Origin: a virus
Reading direction: 5' to 3' (one strand)
IMG/VR virus record: IMGVR_UViG_3300043434_000266
Coordinates: 14,991 to 78,990 of that record
Length of the DNA: 64,000 nt
The notes under the pieces were generated by a model. The model had not been told where the DNA came from and searched no databases. It saw nothing but the letters and a program-made list of their open reading frames with translations. Both the position numbers and the translations under genes were made by a program. Of the stretch, positions 63,999-64,000 are shown one piece after another (the first letter of the stretch is position 1; every line of letters starts with the position of its first letter).

Positions 63999-64000
63999 TA

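Noticed and set aside
3-64000. Genome-wide stop-codon reassignment (TAG or TGA), as in some crAss-like phages
   Set aside because: ORFs of up to 10.8 kb are intact in the standard code; TAG and TGA both end well-coupled genes; no suppressor tRNA seen.

Overview
About 64 kb of an AT-rich dsDNA phage genome that looks crAss-like (Crassvirales or a close relative) and probably infects Bacteroidota. Host evidence: TAnnTTTG promoter boxes, A-rich leaders without Shine-Dalgarno sites, and a Bacteroidota-type ClpS and lipoprotein signal. It uses the standard genetic code. The + strand (1-26563) holds three giant ejection proteins, the middle one a virion RNA polymerase with a DFDID motif, then two paralogous small virion proteins, a lysis cassette and tiny basic ORFs. 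The - strand (26560-64000) holds nucleotide metabolism and replication genes (PolB, primase, DnaB-like helicase, AAA_24 ATPase, exonuclease, UDG, ThyX, SF2 helicase), ClpS, a GroES-like gene, a spore photoproduct lyase homolog and many small early genes. Three things stand out. (1) A cluster of tRNA-shaped RNAs at 51.1-52.4 kb keeps acceptor and T arms but has no canonical anticodon arm. It includes a G3:U70 Ala-type RNA resembling the tRNA-like domain of tmRNA, repeated upstream hairpins and an HNH gene bracketed by tRNA 3'-half repeats; several more pseudoknotted ncRNA candidates lie nearby. (2) A MoxR-like AAA ATPase and vWA-metallopeptidase pair is flanked by three paralogs that share one helical motif, two of them with BRCT-like domains. 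(3) The ejection proteins carry effector-like domains: a nucleotidyltransferase, a PD-(D/E)xK nuclease and zincin peptidases. All calls come from reading motifs by eye; no searches or folding programs were run.
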